64,000 bases of DNA from a bacterium (GTDB lineage Bacteria; Patescibacteriota; Patescibacteriia; Magasanikbacterales; GWA2-37-8). A model generated the notes under the pieces. The model was not told where the DNA came from. It searched no databases and saw only the letters and a list, made by a program, of their open reading frames with translations. The stretch lies in assembly GCA_043821725.1 (NCBI GenBank), contig JBDRCM010000006.1:38287-102286 (forward strand), in the 5' to 3' direction. Shown piece after piece: positions 60,088 through 64,000 of the stretch (its first letter is position 1; each line of letters opens with the position of its first letter). The translations under genes were made by a program, and so were the position numbers.

Positions 60088-63000
60088 ATGAGAAATACCC
60101 GATTGCAAGAAAGTAGGATTTCAAAACCTCAAATTTTTGGTATTTTGAGTTTGTTTTTGTGTACAATTTTTGTTATTTTTGCCATTGCTTTTGTGCAAGC
60201 ACAAAGAGCTGAAGCAGCTATCCCCCCAGGCCTAATTACATATCAAGGAAAACTGTTGGACAATGGCTCTCTTGCCACCACCACTAAGAGCGCAACATTT
60301 ACTTTGCACGACGCTCTAACAGGAGGCAACACTCTGCACACAACTGCGACAAGCGTTGTGCCTTCTGACGGATTATTTTCAATTGATATTTCAGCGACAT
60401 CAACAATCTTTAGAGATAATTCAGCTGTATATTTGCAGGTACAAATTGATGGCGAAACATTAAGCCCTCGTAAGCGCATTACTGCCTCTCCATATTCTTT
60501 TAACTCGCGTTATCTTGATGGAGTGGCACCTGACACGGTTTCCACTTCGCAATATATTCCTCTTTCAGATACCAATGGATTTTTTACATTTACTAGCGCC
60601 ACCATTACAACAGCCACTGTGAGCAATCTTACTGTAAGCGGGCAGATGACAATGAGCAATGTGAGTACAACTAATTTAACAGTTTCAGGAAATCTTGCAG
60701 TAAGCGGCACAACTACTTTGGCAACAACCACAATAACAAGTTCAACAATCACAAACTTAATTGTGGGAACTTCAATCCAGCTTCCAAATGATTCAATTGA
60801 CGTTGACGCAATGGCGCCGAATTCAGTTGGTTCGTCAGAGCTCATATCATCAGGCGTTGTTGCTGAAATTTACGGCTCATCAACTCATTCCGGAAGAATT
60901 ACAGTTGATGAGGACGGAAGAATCACTTCAGCATCTTCGCAATTGATTTCCATAAATGCCAACCAAGTGAGCGCCGGAATATTGGCAACAGCAAGAGGCG
61001 GAACAGGCACTTCAACGCTTGGATCCAATGGCTCAATGGTTTATTCCAACGGTACAACTTACTCTTTTGTATCTCCGGGAACATCCGGACAAATCTTGCT
61101 ATCAAACGGCGCTGCATCACCCAGCTGGACAAACACTTCCACTCTAGGTCTTGCAGCTGCTTCTCATGATCATGACAGCGCTTATGTAAATGTAAGCGGT
61201 GATATAATGACCGGCGCGTTAAGCATAAACAACACTTTGGGAGTATCAGGCACAACTACTTTGGCAACCAGTTCAGGCCGAGTCGGAATAGGTACTACCT
61301 CCCCAAGCTCAAGCTTGCATATAAACGAAGGCGGATTATTAATAACAGGCACGACTGGCGCCACTCCTGTTTCAGGAGCAGGAACGCGGTTGATGTGGAT
61401 ACCTGCTAAAAGCGCGTTTAGAGCAGGAATAGTAACGGGTGCTCAATGGGATGATGCAAATATTGGAAACTATTCGATGGCTTTTGGTTATGATTCAATG
61501 GCAACAGGCACTCAGACTTATGCTTTTGGTAGTGAAGCTGTTGCAGGAGGTGAAGCATCATATGCTTTTGGACCAAACGCGGTTGTAAATGGCGCCGGTT
61601 CATTTGCAATTGGACAGTCAGCAAATGTAACGGGTTATAATTCTTATGCGATTGGACGTGAAGGAACAGTAAACGGCAATTATTCACAACTATTTACATT
61701 AAATTCAGCCGGCCATACTCTTTCTGATTCAAATACATTATCCATTATGGGTGGGGAAGTCGGAATAGGTACTACAACGCCCATAGCTGAATTGGATATA
61801 TATGGAAACATAGCTTTAACAGGAGGATCGCCTAGATACATCAATTTTAATACCTCAACAGGATCCGATGGATATGGCTTAAGAGATAACAGCGGAACAA
61901 TGCAATATAAAAATCTAAGCGGCAGCTGGCTTAATTTAAGCAATGCCGGTTCATATTGGACTTTGAACGGATCAGATATTTACTACAACAACGGAAATGT
62001 GGGCATCGGCACAACCACCCCATCATACTTATTAGATGTTGCAGGCGATGTCCGCATAGGCACATCAACTTCTTCCACAATAATAATACGCGGATTGGTT
62101 GGCTCTGATATTATACCTACAACCGACGCCACCTACGCCCTAGGTTCATCTGCTTTACGCTGGTCAAATGTTTATTCTGCAACAGGCACATTTGGCAATT
62201 CCACAATAATCGGCACCAATAGCATTACCGCTGACACAGATTCACTATGGAGCACCACGAACAGCTCTAATTTATCAATAATGAGCTCAGCTAATTTAAC
62301 AATATCATCACAAGGAGAGATGATGTTTGGAACGCAAGGAAGTGAAAAAATGAGAATAGCTTCATCTACAGGTTATGTTGGAATAAATAATACAGATCCA
62401 CAACAGCTTTTACATATTAGCGGAGTTACACCGGCAATACTGGTGCAAACAACTAACAGTACCACTGACTCCAGCATCAATTTCGCGGACACCGAAGGCG
62501 GAGACACATGGCAAATAGGAAAGAAAGGATCAAACGACGGAGGTGTAAATAACTATTTGTTTTTCTCCTATGCCGGAGAAAAAGTGGTTGTAAATCCTGA
62601 CGGGCAAATGGGAATAGGCACTTTAGCTCCGCAAACCCTTTTGCATTTAAGCGAGGAGGATGGAGGAGGAGCTGACTCTTCAGCACCCTTAACGCTTTTA
62701 ACTCTCACGCATACGGCTGCTTCCACTTCATCCGCTGGCATTGGGGCTCAAATAAATTTTGAACTTGAACATGAGGGAGGCGCAACTGTGACAGGAGCGG
62801 CAATAACCGGAGAACTATCAGATGCAAGCTCTACTGTGCCTTTAGGCGCATTATTATTTAAAACCAACGATGCAAATCCAATGCTTGGATTACAGGAAAG
62901 AGCTAGAATAAATTCTAATGGATATATGGGTATAGGCACTGATGATCCTGGCGCGCGTCTTCAAATAGAGAATCAAGACGTATCAAACGCGCAATTAAGA

Positions 63001-64000
63001 ATATCACAAAATGCTTCCAATTATGTTGACTTTAAAATGAGCACAACTTCGCTATACATCAATACTTCAGTACCGACCACTACTTTAAACAGCGTATATT
63101 TCTATCTAACTAACAACACAAACACATCAACTTTGGTGATTGAAAGTAATGTTGACAGCGGCCCGTTCGGCTCGGAAATCCGTCTAATAGACAACCACAG
63201 TGAGGGATGGAGAATATTCAGTGATTCACAAGACCATCACTTATTTTTTAGAAATCAAAATCAAACAGTCACTACCACGCTATTTTTAGATAATAATACA
63301 GGATATGTAGGTATTGGAGCGGCATCAGCTTCTTCATCACTATTTGTCAACGGACTTGCTGGAGGCACAGATACATGGTACTCATCTTCTGACATGCGCC
63401 TTAAAACCAATGTTGTATCAATTGAAAATGCTTTGGAAAAAGTTAAACAGTTGCGTGGAGTACAATTTGATTGGATTGATGACACAAATAGATCCAAAGG
63501 AAAACAAATTGGCTTTATTGCACAAGAAACCTTGCCGATTGTACCTGAAGTTGTAAATCAAATAGGAGATATGTATAGCATTAAATATGGCGCCTTAACA
63601 GCTCTGCTTGCTGAAGCGATAAAGGAACAGCAAATAAAAATTGAACAGCTGGAAGGCATGCTTACATTAAATGCTTCTTCCACAAGCGTTGGCCCAATAT
63701 CATATATTGGCGACAACATAAATCTGAATGGAAATATAATACTCAATACTGGAGGAATTATTGGATTTAATAATGCCTGGCAAATTGATACGTCAGGAAA
63801 TTTAATCCGCCGTCTGGCTACTAACAAAGGAGTAAAAGAGGTTTATGGATTGCAATCAACATCAAAAAGCGAAATCGTCATATCTGGAACCAGCCAACTT
63901 CAAGGCGGACAAAAGAAAATTAAACTTGATGATTTGGACGTTGAAATTATAGATACAAGCATTCCTTTAAAAGTGAGTATTACCATGGCAGGACCTTCGG
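60088..64000 (+). CDS. Large exported fibre/adhesin with (N/R)VGIGTT.P repeats and peptidase S74 intramolecular chaperone domain; runs off window
   Basis: Not in ORF track; ATG 60088, signal peptide ..AEA-AIPPGLITYQGKL; SDMRLK..ALEKV..LRGV.FDW..IGFIAQE..PEVV..AIKEQQ at 63388 is in frame with the start. Confidence 0.88.
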   Translation, partial: MRNTRLQESRISKPQIFGILSLFLCTIFVIFAIAFVQAQRAEAAIPPGLITYQGKLLDNGSLATTTKSATFTLHDALTGGNTLHTTATSVVPSDGLFSIDISATSTIFRDNSAVYLQVQIDGETLSPRKRITASPYSFNSRYLDGVAPDTVSTSQYIPLSDTNGFFTFTSATITTATVSNLTVSGQMTMSNVSTTNLTVSGNLAVSGTTTLATTTITSSTITNLIVGTSIQLPNDSIDVDAMAPNSVGSSELISSGVVAEIYGSSTHSGRITVDEDGRITSASSQLISINANQVSAGILATARGGTGTSTLGSNGSMVYSNGTTYSFVSPGTSGQILLSNGAASPSWTNTSTLGLAAASHDHDSAYVNVSGDIMTGALSINNTLGVSGTTTLATSSGRVGIGTTSPSSSLHINEGGLLITGTTGATPVSGAGTRLMWIPAKSAFRAGIVTGAQWDDANIGNYSMAFGYDSMATGTQTYAFGSEAVAGGEASYAFGPNAVVNGAGSFAIGQSANVTGYNSYAIGREGTVNGNYSQLFTLNSAGHTLSDSNTLSIMGGEVGIGTTTPIAELDIYGNIALTGGSPRYINFNTSTGSDGYGLRDNSGTMQYKNLSGSWLNLSNAGSYWTLNGSDIYYNNGNVGIGTTTPSYLLDVAGDVRIGTSTSSTIIIRGLVGSDIIPTTDATYALGSSALRWSNVYSATGTFGNSTIIGTNSITADTDSLWSTTNSSNLSIMSSANLTISSQGEMMFGTQGSEKMRIASSTGYVGINNTDPQQLLHISGVTPAILVQTTNSTTDSSINFADTEGGDTWQIGKKGSNDGGVNNYLFFSYAGEKVVVNPDGQMGIGTLAPQTLLHLSEEDGGGADSSAPLTLLTLTHTAASTSSAGIGAQINFELEHEGGATVTGAAITGELSDASSTVPLGALLFKTNDANPMLGLQERARINSNGYMGIGTDDPGARLQIENQDVSNAQLRISQNASNYVDFKMSTTSLYINTSVPTTTLNSVYFYLTNNTNTSTLVIESNVDSGPFGSEIRLIDNHSEGWRIFSDSQDHHLFFRNQNQTVTTTLFLDNNTGYVGIGAASASSSLFVNGLAGGTDTWYSSSDMRLKTNVVSIENALEKVKQLRGVQFDWIDDTNRSKGKQIGFIAQETLPIVPEVVNQIGDMYSIKYGALTALLAEAIKEQQIKIEQLEGMLTLNASSTSVGPISYIGDNINLNGNIILNTGGIIGFNNAWQIDTSGNLIRRLATNKGVKEVYGLQSTSKSEIVISGTSQLQGGQKKIKLDDLDVEIIDTSIPLKVSITMAGPS

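Noticed and set aside
405-63827. Many short antisense or overlapping ORFs within pnp, gyrA, ftsH, ribosomal protein genes, fusA, the paralogs and the fibre gene
   Set aside because: Shadow frames of well-supported genes
1-64000. UGA recoding (genetic code 25)
   Set aside because: Long conserved genes are open in code 11 and TGA ends genes such as ruvX, map and the GT2
60088-64000. Prophage tail region
   Set aside because: No capsid, terminase or integrase genes; the protein has a signal peptide and sits among envelope genes

Overview
Chromosomal segment of a Patescibacteria/CPR bacterium (Parcubacteria-like; inferred from the missing rpmD, zinc-type S14, long charged ribosomal-protein tails, AT-rich starts without Shine-Dalgarno (SD) sequences, and pilin/LamG/tail-fibre surface proteins), using the standard code. 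The core is pnp-NYN-rpsO, gyrA, ftsH, rpsA, a split str operon (rpsL-rpsG-fusA ... tuf-rpsJ) and the S10/spc cluster through secY-adk-map, plus 4 tRNAs. Accessory patches carry toxin-antitoxin modules, glycan enzymes, two paralogous beta-helix surface proteins, rmuC, an attenuated ABC-F and a large S74-chaperone fibre protein. The most unusual signals are: (1) six copies of a 54-263 bp rod-shaped MITE with 5-bp target duplications, all just 5' of a gene and in the same orientation relative to transcription, whose TIR mismatches are mostly G-U wobbles on the mRNA strand; (2) four stand-alone ORFans with strong SD sequences in an otherwise SD-less genome, one of which resembles the eukaryotic Janus/Ocnus (PHPT1) phosphohistidine phosphatase; (3) a uORF/antiterminator attenuator upstream of the ABC-F; (4) a 94-bp insertion that rewrote the L15 C-terminus; (5) an oriC-like region with three 20-bp palindromic boxes. 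All family calls come from motifs read by eye; no database searches were run.
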